From Alphaproteobacteria bacterium (GTDB lineage Bacteria > Pseudomonadota > Alphaproteobacteria > SP197), in NCBI GenBank assembly GCA_965228895.1, contig OZ245842.1:3040001-3104000 (forward strand): DNA of 64,000 nt, given 5' to 3'. The notes beneath the pieces were generated by a model. The model was not told the origin of the DNA. It saw only the letters and a program-made list of their open reading frames with translations, and did no database searches. The position numbers and the translations under genes were made by a program. This document shows positions 46,677 through 57,052 of this stretch, piece after piece (positions within the stretch are counted from its first letter, which is position 1; every line of letters begins with the position of its first letter).

Positions 46677-46742
46677 GGCAAATACCCCCCGGACGCTACA
46701 ATGGTCTTTAGAAACTAAGAAAAGCGCTCGGGGCCTGACCAG

Positions 46743-47360
46743 CTAAAACGAGACGACCATGCCCAACGACACGAAGTTCGAGGCATCGTCCACGCCGTTG
46801 ATCGTGCCAAAAATTCCGGAACGGTGCTGCAAACGACCAAGCAACGCGTAGTTCGGATAGTCGGGCAAGGCCAGCGTCAGTTCCAGGTTGAGCTGATTAA
46901 GGGTCTTCTGGCGGATGCCTGTCTTCTGGAACTCGAGCTGGGACTGACGGGTTGTGATGCTGGGACCGAGACCGACCGCCATCGTCGTGACGACGAAATG
47001 ATCCCACGGGAAATCGTGCACACGGCCATTCAGGGCGATGCCGAACTCGCCATACCGCTGCGAGCCGTAGTGCTGGCCATACATCGCCTCCAGCTCAAAC
47101 CAAAGATGATTGCCGAAACCGCCAATCCGACGCCGCAGCGCCGCGGCCAGGACGCGCTCTGAATTGCCATCGACATTGAAGAGTTGGCCAACAATGTCGC
47201 TGAAGCTGTCATTGGTGCCCTCGCCGCCAAACACCGCAACGGACCACTTGGGATCTTCGGCGTGACGCCAATCCCACAGATCGGCGCCGAGGCTGCTACC
47301 AGGCGCGGACATCCCGATCATGGCCGCAAGCACCGTAACGCGCAGACATGAACACACCAT
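46743..47360 (-). CDS. Putative outer-membrane beta-barrel protein (PagL-like HxS motif)
   Basis: Signal peptide, amphipathic strands, HRSGIFG...SNF, terminal Phe. Confidence 0.65.
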   Translation of the reverse strand: MVCSCLRVTVLAAMIGMSAPGSSLGADLWDWRHAEDPKWSVAVFGGEGTNDSFSDIVGQLFNVDGNSERVLAAALRRRIGGFGNHLWFELEAMYGQHYGSQRYGEFGIALNGRVHDFPWDHFVVTTMAVGLGPSITTRQSQLEFQKTGIRQKTLNQLNLELTLALPDYPNYALLGRLQHRSGIFGTINGVDDASNFVSLGMVVSF

Positions 47361-47463
47361 AAGGCGACTCCGCCAATGGATGACGCAGTCAGACCTACAC
47401 CGAAACGCGAGCGAAAAACAACGTCCTACGCGCGACGATAGATGTTAAGCAGGTGGCTCCGGC

Positions 47464-47751
47464 TCAGGGAGCCTCCGGACATGTGACGTTGAGGCAAGCC
47501 TCGCTGGCCGCCCGTTCTTCCTCAGGAAGCTGGCAGCAGATACCGTCTTCGCCGTCCTCGACCTCGATCTCCTCGACGATCTTTTCTTCCTTGAACTCGA
47601 TGACGACCTGATTGGTCGTTCGATCGACCGTTGACGGCGACACGCCGAACAGGCTCTGGGTCTCATCGGCGAATTGTGCATGGGCCAGGCTGGGCACCGC
47701 AAAGGCGAAAGCCGATATCAGCAACACTTGCCGTAACTTACGGAAACTCAT
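47464..47751 (-). CDS. Small secreted acidic protein with four C-terminal Cys
   Basis: GGAG RBS; signal ending AHA; CC-x12-C-x4-C. Confidence 0.6.
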   Translation of the reverse strand: MSFRKLRQVLLISAFAFAVPSLAHAQFADETQSLFGVSPSTVDRTTNQVVIEFKEEKIVEEIEVEDGEDGICCQLPEEERAASEACLNVTCPEAP

Positions 47752-47862
47752 GGCAAAACTCCGGCGCCCGACATGTTGGTCATGTCCTCTATATGGGTAT
47801 TATAGACACTAATGGCGACCACGCCGAAACGCGATCCGTTAACGTGTGCGTGCGGTCACACC

Positions 47863-48510
47863 TCAAGCGGCAGGCCCGGCAAACAACAGCAAATTTCCGT
47901 CAGGATCGACCACAACAAAGCCGCGGGCGCCCCAGGGCTCCTGTCTCAATGTCTGATGAAACGTGACCCCGGCTTGCTGATAGTCCAGGTAGAGCCGCTT
48001 GATCTGCGCCGCCGTCTCCACGGTCACCGTCGCCGACAACAAAGTCTCGCGCTGCCTGATATCGCCCATGAAGACCGGCTCTTTCACAAGCCGCAGGTTG
48101 AGCAGCGCAGCGTCGCGCCCGACTTGGCCGTAGAACGGCGGATCGCCATGGAGAAACGCGACCGAGAAGCCGAGTTTGTCGGTGTAAAATTCACACGCCG
48201 CCGCCATGTCGGAAACATAGAGCTGCGCCTCGATTGCACTGAGTACGGGATGCGAAACTGTCTTCGTGTCACGTTCTTTCATGTCTGACATTCCTGCCTT
48301 TAGCGCCTGCCAGGACTCGAAACCGCACTTATGCGCGACAAGCTCCTGCGCGTCGGCAAGCCTGAACGGTGCCTCGAGCACCTGCTTGTCACTCATGTGT
48401 CCGAAACGCGGTAGAGCAATCCTGATCTCTGCGGCGACGGGATAATAACGCTCGCGGTGCCAGCGCAGGACTTGTTTGGCTTGTTTACGAAGGTTCTCGA
48501 GATTCGGCAT
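47863..48510 (-). CDS. VOC/glyoxalase protein fused to an N-terminal 'LENLRKQAK' helical domain
   Basis: LYVSD...FY.DKLGF, EPWGARGF.V.DPDGNLL.F; N-terminal NLENLRKQAK...LADAQ...GFESW..LK. Confidence 0.85.
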   Translation of the reverse strand: MPNLENLRKQAKQVLRWHRERYYPVAAEIRIALPRFGHMSDKQVLEAPFRLADAQELVAHKCGFESWQALKAGMSDMKERDTKTVSHPVLSAIEAQLYVSDMAAACEFYTDKLGFSVAFLHGDPPFYGQVGRDAALLNLRLVKEPVFMGDIRQRETLLSATVTVETAAQIKRLYLDYQQAGVTFHQTLRQEPWGARGFVVVDPDGNLLLFAGPAA

Positions 48511-48640
48511 GGGCGCGTGATGTATTGATGACACGTAGGCGGGCATAGCCCCTTCAGCCAAAAGCCGACGCGCCCTACGAGAGCGCACCGAGATTGGCCG
48601 CGACACCCATAGCTTGTCAATCGCGCCTGGCGATTTTTGG

Positions 48641-49819
48641 TCAGCCGATCGTCCAGAAATCGCGCGGCGCGCGGGTCGTCAGCAGCTCAGCGCCGTCTTT
48701 GGTGATCACGGCGTTTTCCTCGTGCACGATCATCTTGCCTGGCGCGTACTCCATGCCCGGCTCGATGGTCAACACCATGCCGGCCTCGATGACCGTTGTG
48801 TCACCCGGCATGTTGGACGGCGGCTCAGTCAACTGCATGCCGAGGCCATGGCCCATGCGCCCGACATTGTTCCCGATCGACCCGGCGTCCTCCAAGAGCT
48901 CGCCCATCACGCGCCAGACATCTTCGACGGTAGCGCCCGGGCGCGCGGCGGCGAGGCCGGCCTCGGTCGCATCCCATACCGCGGCATTGGCGCGGCGCGC
49001 GGCATCGCTGACATTGCCAACCGCGTAGTTGCGGTCGAAGTCGCAGAAATAGCCGTCGTAGAACGAGCCGGTATCGATGAACAGGATATCGCCCTCTTCC
49101 ATGACCCGGTCGTTGGGGCCGCAAACGATCTGATCGACGCCGCCGGGACCGGCGATGCCCGGCATGAAGGGCACGGAATCGGCGCCGCGCGCCAGAACAT
49201 CCATGGTCAGCCTGCGGCATGCTTCGCGTGGCGTATCGCCGACATGCACGTAGGATGGCAGCTCTTCGTAAGCATCGCTCGCGATCTGGCAAATGAAACG
49301 GATGTGCTCGATCTCTGCCGGGGTTTTGACGCCGCGGATGCGCCAGATCGCCGGCGATCCGTTCATGATCTCGAGGCCCGGCAACGCGTCGCGCAGATCG
49401 TCGAGCTGGGCGACCGGCATCCTGAGCGCCATCTCGCGCCCCAGTTCCGCGCCGACGCGACCGAATGTACGCGGCAGTTGCGCGAGCGCTTCGGCCAGCA
49501 GCGACGTGCCGTCGTCGTCGGGCTGAGGGGCCGGCCAGGAGCGCACATCGTCGAGCCAGGTCGCTATCATTTCCGCCGCACCGATTTCCGGGACCACGGC
49601 AACCGGCTTGCCTTCGGCGGGCACGACAACGAACCACGGCCGGGTCGGACTTTCCCAGAATTGGCTGGCAAAACCGGTGACGTAGCGGATGTTGGGCGGC
49701 GTCGTCAGGAGCAACGCATCGAGCTCATACTCGCGCATAATGGCTTGTGCCCGCGCCGTGCGCTGCTCGAACTCAGCGGGCGTAAACCCGCGTGGCGGTG
49801 GCGTGCGTTGTTGCCCCAT
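48641..49819 (-). CDS. M24 (Xaa-Pro peptidase/creatinase) family protein
   Basis: R.VKT..EI, IDTG...GY.CD..R, GHGLG, TIEPG, HEEN. Confidence 0.9.
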   Translation of the reverse strand: MGQQRTPPPRGFTPAEFEQRTARAQAIMREYELDALLLTTPPNIRYVTGFASQFWESPTRPWFVVVPAEGKPVAVVPEIGAAEMIATWLDDVRSWPAPQPDDDGTSLLAEALAQLPRTFGRVGAELGREMALRMPVAQLDDLRDALPGLEIMNGSPAIWRIRGVKTPAEIEHIRFICQIASDAYEELPSYVHVGDTPREACRRLTMDVLARGADSVPFMPGIAGPGGVDQIVCGPNDRVMEEGDILFIDTGSFYDGYFCDFDRNYAVGNVSDAARRANAAVWDATEAGLAAARPGATVEDVWRVMGELLEDAGSIGNNVGRMGHGLGMQLTEPPSNMPGDTTVIEAGMVLTIEPGMEYAPGKMIVHEENAVITKDGAELLTTRAPRDFWTIG

Positions 49820-49845
49820 GCTGCCCCCTACTCCCAAGTAAACCC

Positions 49846-51138
49846 TCAGTCGGCAAACGGATCGGTCACCAGGATCGTATCCTCGCGCTCCGGGCTGGTC
49901 GACAGCAGCGCCACCGGTGCCTCGATCAGTTCCTCGATGCGGCGCACATACTTGATGCAGGTCGCCGGCAGGTCGGCCCAGCTGCGCGCACCCTGGGTGC
50001 TCTCGTCCCAGCCTTCCAGGTTCTCATAGATCGGCTCGACGCCCGCCTGGATCTGCTGCGCGGCCGGCAGGTGATCCAGGATGACGCCGTTATAGCGATA
50101 CCCCACGCAGACCTTGAGCGGCATGATGCCGTCCAAGACGTCCAGCTTGGTCAACGCGATACCGTTGATGCCACCGATCTTGATTGCCTGGCGCACCATG
50201 ACCGCGTCGAACCAGCCACAGCGGCGCGGTCGCCCGGTCACGGTACCGAACTCATGCCCGCGCTCGCCCAGCTTCTTGCCGGTCTCGTTGTCCTGCTCGG
50301 TCGGGAACGGGCCCGCGCCGACGCGTGTGGTGTAGGCCTTGGTGATACCGAGAACGTACTCCACCGCGCCCGGGCCAATGCCGGAACCAACCGCCGCCTG
50401 ACCGCCAACCGTGTTCGACGATGTGACAAAGGGATAGGTACCGTGATCGACATCCAGGAAGTGCGCTTGCGCACCCTCAAACAAAATCCGACGCCCGCGC
50501 CGTCTGAGGTCGGCAAGCCGACGCCACACCGGTTCGGCGTGGGCCATCAGGCGCGGCGCGACCTCCTTCAACGACTGCAGCAACGCGTCGCGATCGACCG
50601 GCGGCATCTCCATGCCCTTGCGCAAGGCGTCATGGTGCTGCAACAGCATGTCCAGCTTGTGGGCCAGCGTTGCTTCGTCGCCGAGGTCGCAGACCCGGAT
50701 CGCGCGCCGCGCGACCTTGTCCTCGTAAGCCGGGCCGATACCGCGTCCGGTGGTGCCGATCTTGTCCTTACCGCGCAGCTTTTCGCGCGCCTGATCGAGC
50801 TCTGTGTGAAGCGGCAGGATAAGCGTCGCGTTTTCGGCGACCAGCAGGTTGTCAGGTCCAACGATAAGCCCCTGCTGTTCGACCCGCTCGATCTCTTCGA
50901 ACAGCGCCCAGGGATCGATGACGACCCCATTGCCGATAATCGAGAGTTTGTCCTGGCGCACGACGCCGGAGGGCAGCAGCGACAGCTTGAAGGTCTGGTT
51001 GTCGATCTGCAGGGTATGGCCGGCGTTATGGCCGCCCTGAAAGCGCACGACGACGTCGGCGCGTTCCGATAACCAGTCGACAATCTTTCCCTTGCCCTCG
51101 TCGCCCCATTGGACGCCGACGACCGCCACGTTCGCCAT
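49846..51138 (-). CDS. purA: Adenylosuccinate synthetase
   Basis: [59 protein letters not shown]. Confidence 0.98.
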   Translation of the reverse strand: MANVAVVGVQWGDEGKGKIVDWLSERADVVVRFQGGHNAGHTLQIDNQTFKLSLLPSGVVRQDKLSIIGNGVVIDPWALFEEIERVEQQGLIVGPDNLLVAENATLILPLHTELDQAREKLRGKDKIGTTGRGIGPAYEDKVARRAIRVCDLGDEATLAHKLDMLLQHHDALRKGMEMPPVDRDALLQSLKEVAPRLMAHAEPVWRRLADLRRRGRRILFEGAQAHFLDVDHGTYPFVTSSNTVGGQAAVGSGIGPGAVEYVLGITKAYTTRVGAGPFPTEQDNETGKKLGERGHEFGTVTGRPRRCGWFDAVMVRQAIKIGGINGIALTKLDVLDGIMPLKVCVGYRYNGVILDHLPAAQQIQAGVEPIYENLEGWDESTQGARSWADLPATCIKYVRRIEELIEAPVALLSTSPEREDTILVTDPFAD

Positions 51139-51272
51139 GTCAGAAGCCTCTTAAATCGTGCGGGCGCGGGACTATACACCCTCCCGCGCGCGAAAAAAGA
51201 CCTGCCTGGGGACCAGTCTAAGAAGTCCTGCAAACCCGCAGAATACGGCGGTTCCAGCGATCGGAGACAAGC

Positions 51273-52667
51273 CTATTCGTGCACGGTCTGGAGTTCCTTT
51301 TCGTCAATCACCAAAACAACGAGCAGACCCAGCACGGCCGAACCCAGCCCAATCCAATAGGCATCGCTCAGGGCGCTGGAAAACACGCTTGTCAGGTTGG
51401 CCGTGCCGACGCCGGCCGTCTCGGAGAACATGATCGCCGTGGCCCCGGCGATGCCAACGGCGGCCAGCATCAAATGCACCATGAACGACAGACCGCCGGC
51501 GAGGCCAGCCCGGGACGCCCGCACCGCACTGACCGCCGCGGTTCCGGCTGTCCCCACACACAGGATGGCGCCGGCGGCGATGACGATCATGGCCGGGAGA
51601 AGCGCGTAGTACCCCCATGACGGGTCCAGGAAAAAGACCGGCCAGGCCGACCCGATGGCGGAGAGCGCGTAGCCGGTCAGCAACAGCCGCTTGGGCCCAA
51701 TCGGCTCATAGAGTCTGCCGGCCAGGATCGAACCGACGGCCAGGATGATCATCATCGGCATCATGCCGAACGACGAGTCCAGTACCGACCAACCCAACGT
51801 CTTCTGCATGTACTGGGGGAAATAGAGAAAGGCGATAAAGACAGGCGGAATGACAAGACCATTGGCCCACAAGGCGGCCATGAACTCGCGGTTTTTCATC
51901 AGGCCGACCGGCATCATCGGATCCTTGACCTTCGCCTCGACAAACGGGAACACGATGAACATCAGCACGCTCAGAGCGATCAGGCCGAGGAGTTCGGGCG
52001 ACGACCAACCCCAATCGGCGCCAACGTCGAGCGCATAGAGCAGCGCAAGGACGCCTATGCCTAAGACGGCCATACCGGCAATATCGACCTGTTCCTCGAC
52101 TTTCTCCGGCGCGTCCTTCTTCAGGAATCGCGAGACCATCAGCACAGCGATGACGGCCAGGGCGGCATTGATGATAAAGAAGATGCGCCAGTCGCCGAGC
52201 GAGGTGACGACACCGCCGATGAGCGGTCCCACCACGTTGCCGGACGTGACGCCGGCCATCAGCAAGCCGATGCTCAGGCCGCGCTTGTCCTCAGCGACGC
52301 TGAGTGCGGCGAGGGCAAAGATACTGGGCCAAAGCAAGGACGCGCCAGCGCCCTGAAAGGCGCGCGCGACAATCAGCGACGTCGACGACGGAGCAAGCGC
52401 GCAAGCCGCGGAAGCAAGGAAGAAAAGGACCAACCCCAACTGCATCAGGCGGCGGCGGCCGTACAAATCGCCAAGCCTTCCGGCCGCGACCATCAACACC
52501 GCGAACGTCAGCGCGTACACGTTCATCACCCACTGCGTGGTCGTGATGTCGGTGTCGAACTCCTTCTCGATCGCCGTCACCAAAAGTGCCGCACCGATGA
52601 AATCGGTACCGATCATGAAGGCGACGACCATCAGCGTCGCGATGATGAACCTGCTCTGCTTGTCCAC
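51273..52667 (-). CDS. MFS transporter, DHA2 (14-TM) family
   Basis: QWVMNVYAL, GRLGDLYGRRR, RAFQGAG, GPLIGG, WRIFFIN; GTG start inferred. Confidence 0.9.
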   Translation of the reverse strand: MDKQSRFIIATLMVVAFMIGTDFIGAALLVTAIEKEFDTDITTTQWVMNVYALTFAVLMVAAGRLGDLYGRRRLMQLGLVLFFLASAACALAPSSTSLIVARAFQGAGASLLWPSIFALAALSVAEDKRGLSIGLLMAGVTSGNVVGPLIGGVVTSLGDWRIFFIINAALAVIAVLMVSRFLKKDAPEKVEEQVDIAGMAVLGIGVLALLYALDVGADWGWSSPELLGLIALSVLMFIVFPFVEAKVKDPMMPVGLMKNREFMAALWANGLVIPPVFIAFLYFPQYMQKTLGWSVLDSSFGMMPMMIILAVGSILAGRLYEPIGPKRLLLTGYALSAIGSAWPVFFLDPSWGYYALLPAMIVIAAGAILCVGTAGTAAVSAVRASRAGLAGGLSFMVHLMLAAVGIAGATAIMFSETAGVGTANLTSVFSSALSDAYWIGLGSAVLGLLVVLVIDEKELQTVHE

Positions 52668-52759
52668 GAGCCCCCCAGCGGCTGACCGCGCAACATGCGC
52701 CGTCAGCATATGGTGCCTGAGCAGCCGCACAGGTCAAATCGGTTGTGCAGCCTGGCGGT

Positions 52760-54337
52760 CTAAAACCTTAGCGATACCGCCTGCTGGATGCCCTCGTGGC
52801 CGCGCAGTTTCGCCAGGACAGGCTGCGGGATCTGCTGGTCGACGCTGATTAGCGCGATGGCGTCACCGCCTTCTTCCGCGCGTCCCAGGTTGAAGGTCGC
52901 GATGTTGAGACCGGCGTCTCCCAGGGTCTGACCCAGGAAACCAATGATACCGGGCACATCGCGGTTGGTGACGTAGAGCATGTGCGGCGTCACCTCGGCC
53001 TCGATACTGATGCCCTTGACACGCACCAGTCGGGGATGGCCGTTGGCGAACAGCGTACCGGCGACGTCGCGTTCACGGTTCTCCGTCGTGACCGACACGC
53101 GCATCAGGGTCTGATAGTCGCCCGGCCGGTCATGGCGCACCTCCGCCACGTCGATGTCGCGGTCTTGGGCAACCACCGGCGCGTTCACCATGTTGACGGA
53201 TTCGACGATCGGCTCCAGCAGACCGGCAAGCACGATGGCGGTCAGCGGCCGCGTGTTGAGTGTCGCGACATGGCCTTCGTATTCGATGGTTACCGCGCGC
53301 AGACCGCTTCGCGTCAACTGGCCGGCGAAGCTGCCAAGCTGGCGGGCGAGCAGCATGTAGGGCTCAAGAAGCGGTGCCTCCTCCGGTGTGATCGACGGCA
53401 TGTTGAGGGCGTTGGAGACCGCACCATGGATCAGGTAATCGCCCATCTGCTCGGCGATCTGACGCGCGACCTTTTCCTGCGCCTCCGCCGTCGAGGCGCC
53501 CAGATGCGGCGTTGTCACCACGTTCTCGAGCTCGAGCAGCGGACTGCCCTCAGGCGGCTCGGTTGCGAAAACATCGAGTGCCGCGCCGGCGACATGGCCG
53601 GACTGCAGGGCGTCATAAAGCGCATCTTCGTTGACGATGCCGCCGCGCGCGCAATTGACAACACGCACGCCATAGCGCGCCATGGTCAGCTCCGTTTCGC
53701 CGATCAGATTGCGTGTCGCATCGTTCAGTGGCGCGTGGACGGAGATAACATCGGCGCGCGACATCAGATCGTCCAACGCCACGCGCTCGATGCCGAGTTC
53801 GCGGGCGCGTTCGGGCGCGAGAAAGGGATCGTAAGCGATGACGCGCATACGCAATCCCTGCGCCCGGCTGGCGACGATCGAGCCGATGTTGCCGCAGCCG
53901 ACCAGGCCCAGCACCTTGCCGGCCAATTCGACGCCGACAAACTTGGACTTTTCCCACTTGCCCTGCCGCATGGAGCGGTCGGCGGCGGGAATCTGGCGGG
54001 CCAGCGCCATCATCATGGCGATCGCGTGTTCGGCCGTCGTGATGGCGTTGCCGAACGGCGTGTTCATGACGACGACGCCGCGCTGGGTCGCCGCCGCGAC
54101 ATCGATGTTGTCGACGCCGATACCGGCACGGCCGATGACCTTCAGGCTCTCCGCCGCGGCGATCACTTCGGCGGTCGCCTTCGTAGCAGACCGTACGGCA
54201 AGGCCCTCATAGGCCGGGATGCGCGCGATCAGGTCTTCGGGCGAAAGGCCGGTTTCGATGTCAACCTCGACGCCGCGCTCGCGCAGGATGTCGGCGGCAT
54301 CGTCGCTCAGCTTGTCGGCAATCAGGACTTTCGGCAT
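52760..54337 (-). CDS. serA: D-3-phosphoglycerate dehydrogenase
   Basis: GRAGIGVDN, NTPFGN, GCGNIG, NCARGG, TPHLGAST.EAQ, C-terminal ACT. Confidence 0.97.
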   Translation of the reverse strand: MPKVLIADKLSDDAADILRERGVEVDIETGLSPEDLIARIPAYEGLAVRSATKATAEVIAAAESLKVIGRAGIGVDNIDVAAATQRGVVVMNTPFGNAITTAEHAIAMMMALARQIPAADRSMRQGKWEKSKFVGVELAGKVLGLVGCGNIGSIVASRAQGLRMRVIAYDPFLAPERARELGIERVALDDLMSRADVISVHAPLNDATRNLIGETELTMARYGVRVVNCARGGIVNEDALYDALQSGHVAGAALDVFATEPPEGSPLLELENVVTTPHLGASTAEAQEKVARQIAEQMGDYLIHGAVSNALNMPSITPEEAPLLEPYMLLARQLGSFAGQLTRSGLRAVTIEYEGHVATLNTRPLTAIVLAGLLEPIVESVNMVNAPVVAQDRDIDVAEVRHDRPGDYQTLMRVSVTTENRERDVAGTLFANGHPRLVRVKGISIEAEVTPHMLYVTNRDVPGIIGFLGQTLGDAGLNIATFNLGRAEEGGDAIALISVDQQIPQPVLAKLRGHEGIQQAVSLRF

Positions 54338-54340
54338 CGC

Positions 54341-55468
54341 TCAAGCCTCCGCCAGCACGCAATCATGAGCCCAATCCAGCCACGGTGTCAGCGCTTCCAT
54401 GTCGGAGGTCTCGACCGTGGCGCCGCCCCAGATCCGCAAGCCCGGCGGCGCGGCGCGATGGGTGTTGATGTCATAGGCGATGCCTTCGTCCTCCAACAGT
54501 GACGCGATGGCCTTGGGCTCGGCCGGCGTGTCGACGAGTTTGAGGCAGATGGACGACGTTGACCGTGTCTGCGGGTCGCGCGCCAGAAAGTCGATCCACG
54601 GTGTCTTCTCGACCCACGGCGCGAGCGCGTCAAAGTTGGCTTGACTGCGCGCAAGCAACGCCTTGAGGCCACCGACCTCTTCGGCCCACATCAGGCCGTC
54701 GATCGCATCTTCGACCGCCAGCATGGACGGTGTGTTGATGGTCTCGCCAGCGAAGATGCCCTCGATCAGCTTGCCCTTTTTGGTCAGGCGAAAGATTTTC
54801 GGCAGCGGCCGGGGCGAGCTCGCTTCCAGGCGCGCGACGGCGCGCGGGCTCAAGACCAGCATGCCGTGACCGCCCTCGCCGCCCAGAACCTTCTGCCAGG
54901 ACCACGTGACGACATCCAGCCGGTCCCACGGCAGCGCCATGGCGAAAACCGCCGACGTCGCGTCACAGATGGCGAGGCCCTCGCGGTCGGGCGCGATCCA
55001 GTCGCCGTCGGGTACGCGCACGCCGGACGTCGTGCCGTTCCAGGTAAAGACGACATCGCGCGACCAGTCGACTTGAGACAGATCCGGCAGCTCGCCATAG
55101 GGCGCGTCCAAGACACGCAAATCTTCAATGCCCAACTCGTCGCGGGCGTCGGTCACCCATTGCTGGCCGAAGTTCTCCCAGGACAGCATATCGACGCCGC
55201 GGCTGCCGACGAGCGACCACAGCGCCAGCTCGATAGCGCCGGTGTCCGATGCCGGCACGATGGCGAGACGATAGTCATCCGGCAGCTCCAAGACCCGCCG
55301 GCTGCGCTCGATGACCTCGGCCAGCTTCGCCTTGCCGCCTTTGGCCCGGTGCGATCGACCGACATAGGCATCCTCAAGAGCCGATAACGACCAGCCCAGA
55401 CGCTTGGCACAAGGTCCGGACGAAAAGAACGGCCGTGCGGGACGCACGTCGGGTCGTGGCGCTGTCAT
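54341..55468 (-). CDS. serC: Phosphoserine aminotransferase (alphaproteobacterial/Methanosarcina type)
   Basis: [45 protein letters not shown]; directly upstream of serA. Confidence 0.95.
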   Translation of the reverse strand: MTAPRPDVRPARPFFSSGPCAKRLGWSLSALEDAYVGRSHRAKGGKAKLAEVIERSRRVLELPDDYRLAIVPASDTGAIELALWSLVGSRGVDMLSWENFGQQWVTDARDELGIEDLRVLDAPYGELPDLSQVDWSRDVVFTWNGTTSGVRVPDGDWIAPDREGLAICDATSAVFAMALPWDRLDVVTWSWQKVLGGEGGHGMLVLSPRAVARLEASSPRPLPKIFRLTKKGKLIEGIFAGETINTPSMLAVEDAIDGLMWAEEVGGLKALLARSQANFDALAPWVEKTPWIDFLARDPQTRSTSSICLKLVDTPAEPKAIASLLEDEGIAYDINTHRAAPPGLRIWGGATVETSDMEALTPWLDWAHDCVLAEA

Positions 55469-55577
55469 CTTGATGTTCCTTAGAACCGTCGCTGGCGGGC
55501 GGCGGGCGGAGACTAGGAAATACAACCTGTCCCGTCAATCGGTACAGAATTGGTCTAGCGACTTTTTTCTTATGCGC

Positions 55578-56819
55578 TCACCGCGGATCAAGTTTGGCCA
55601 TGACGTCGCGGCTCCACAACAGCGTGATTAGAGCAATGGCAACGATGCCCGCGGCGATCGCGACGACGAAGATGAGGTGTATGTTGACCGCCATCAGGCT
55701 GCCGCCGACCACCGAGATGGTGCCGGTGCCCAGCGTGAAGAGCGCGATCGACACACCCATGACCCAGCCCTGCTCGCTGGCGCCGACCGATGTGGAGAAC
55801 AGGGTCAGCATGGTCGCGTAATTGATCGCGAAGGCGGCGAACAGCGGGATGATCAGGACATAGGCGAGCCAGGGGGAGTCGTTGAACAACAGCCCAACCT
55901 CCGCCAGGATCATGACGACCAAGGCGCCGATCACGACGGTTTTTCTGCCGTATCGCGCACTGATCGGCCCCATCAGGAAGGCGCCCGCCAGACCCAGGCT
56001 GGCGCCCAGGATCACCATGGCGATGCTGTTTTCGAGCGTGCCGAAGTTGAAGAGGTCGAAGAAGTAGCTGTCCATGAAGACATAGACCGCGTTCAGGCAA
56101 AGCTGCGAGAAGAAGAAGACGAGCCCGACCTTGACGACCAACGGACGCGAACACGCCTGCCACAGGATCAGGAACGCATCGATAGGGTTGAAGCGCAGCG
56201 GCTGGCGCTCGACATCGGTGTCGCGGAAGAAGAAGAGAATCAGAATGGCATTCGCCAGCACCAGAACGGCGGCGACATAGAATGGTAGTTTCAACGATGC
56301 GATGTCGCCGATAAGCGAACTGTCGGAGAGCACACCACCCAGGATCGGGCCGATCACCAGGCCAATGCTGAGCGCCATGATGACGAGGCCCATGTACCGC
56401 GTTTTTTCCTCTTCACTGCGGCTCATGTCGACGAGCGCCGCCTGCGCGATCGGCTGGTTGCCGGCGGTGAAACCCGAAATGGCGCGGCCAATCACCAGCA
56501 ACAGGAAGCTGTTGGCATAAAGCGCGACGATGGTCAGCGCATAACCACCGAACCCACCGGCCAGGCAAATCAAGATGCCGTTCTTGCGGCCGATCGAATC
56601 CGACAGTTTCGAGATATAGGCAGCGCCCAGGAACCAGGCGAAATAGAAGACGCCGATCGCAATGCCGAAGTCCAGCTCACGCGCGGCGTGCGACGTTCCG
56701 GCCGGCAAAATGCTCTGATCGGGGCTCAAGATCAGCGTCGTAACCAAGGGAAGCACGAGGCCCTGGCCCATCGTGTCGAGCACAACCACCAACAGCAACG
56801 CAAACTGTGCGATTTTCAT
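55578..56819 (-). CDS. MFS transporter (TetA/DHA1-like), paralog of 40895..42151
   Basis: SDSIGRKN, GRAISGFTAGNQPIAQAA, ASLKLPFY, QGWVMG. Confidence 0.9.
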   Translation of the reverse strand: MKIAQFALLLVVVLDTMGQGLVLPLVTTLILSPDQSILPAGTSHAARELDFGIAIGVFYFAWFLGAAYISKLSDSIGRKNGILICLAGGFGGYALTIVALYANSFLLLVIGRAISGFTAGNQPIAQAALVDMSRSEEEKTRYMGLVIMALSIGLVIGPILGGVLSDSSLIGDIASLKLPFYVAAVLVLANAILILFFFRDTDVERQPLRFNPIDAFLILWQACSRPLVVKVGLVFFFSQLCLNAVYVFMDSYFFDLFNFGTLENSIAMVILGASLGLAGAFLMGPISARYGRKTVVIGALVVMILAEVGLLFNDSPWLAYVLIIPLFAAFAINYATMLTLFSTSVGASEQGWVMGVSIALFTLGTGTISVVGGSLMAVNIHLIFVVAIAAGIVAIALITLLWSRDVMAKLDPR

Positions 56820-57052
56820 CGGAGCCCCCTCCCCGCGACCTTTGTACGGCCGCCACGTCGACGATGGTGCATGAATAGCCGAGCCGAGGCAAACCGGCAC
56901 AAGAAGCACACGGCCGACGACACGACGCCGCGTTTCATTCGGCCGGCGGTCCCGGGCTCCGACGTCGAGCGGCGAGACTTGCCGGAGCATCGTCGACACC
57001 GATAGTCTGAAACCAATCAATCGGCGCGTGTTCCTTCACATCAAGGACAGTC

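Noticed and set aside
48614-54502. Long plus-strand ORFs (48614..50029, 49792..51072, 52982..54502)
   Set aside because: Antisense shadows of the M24 peptidase, purA and serA.
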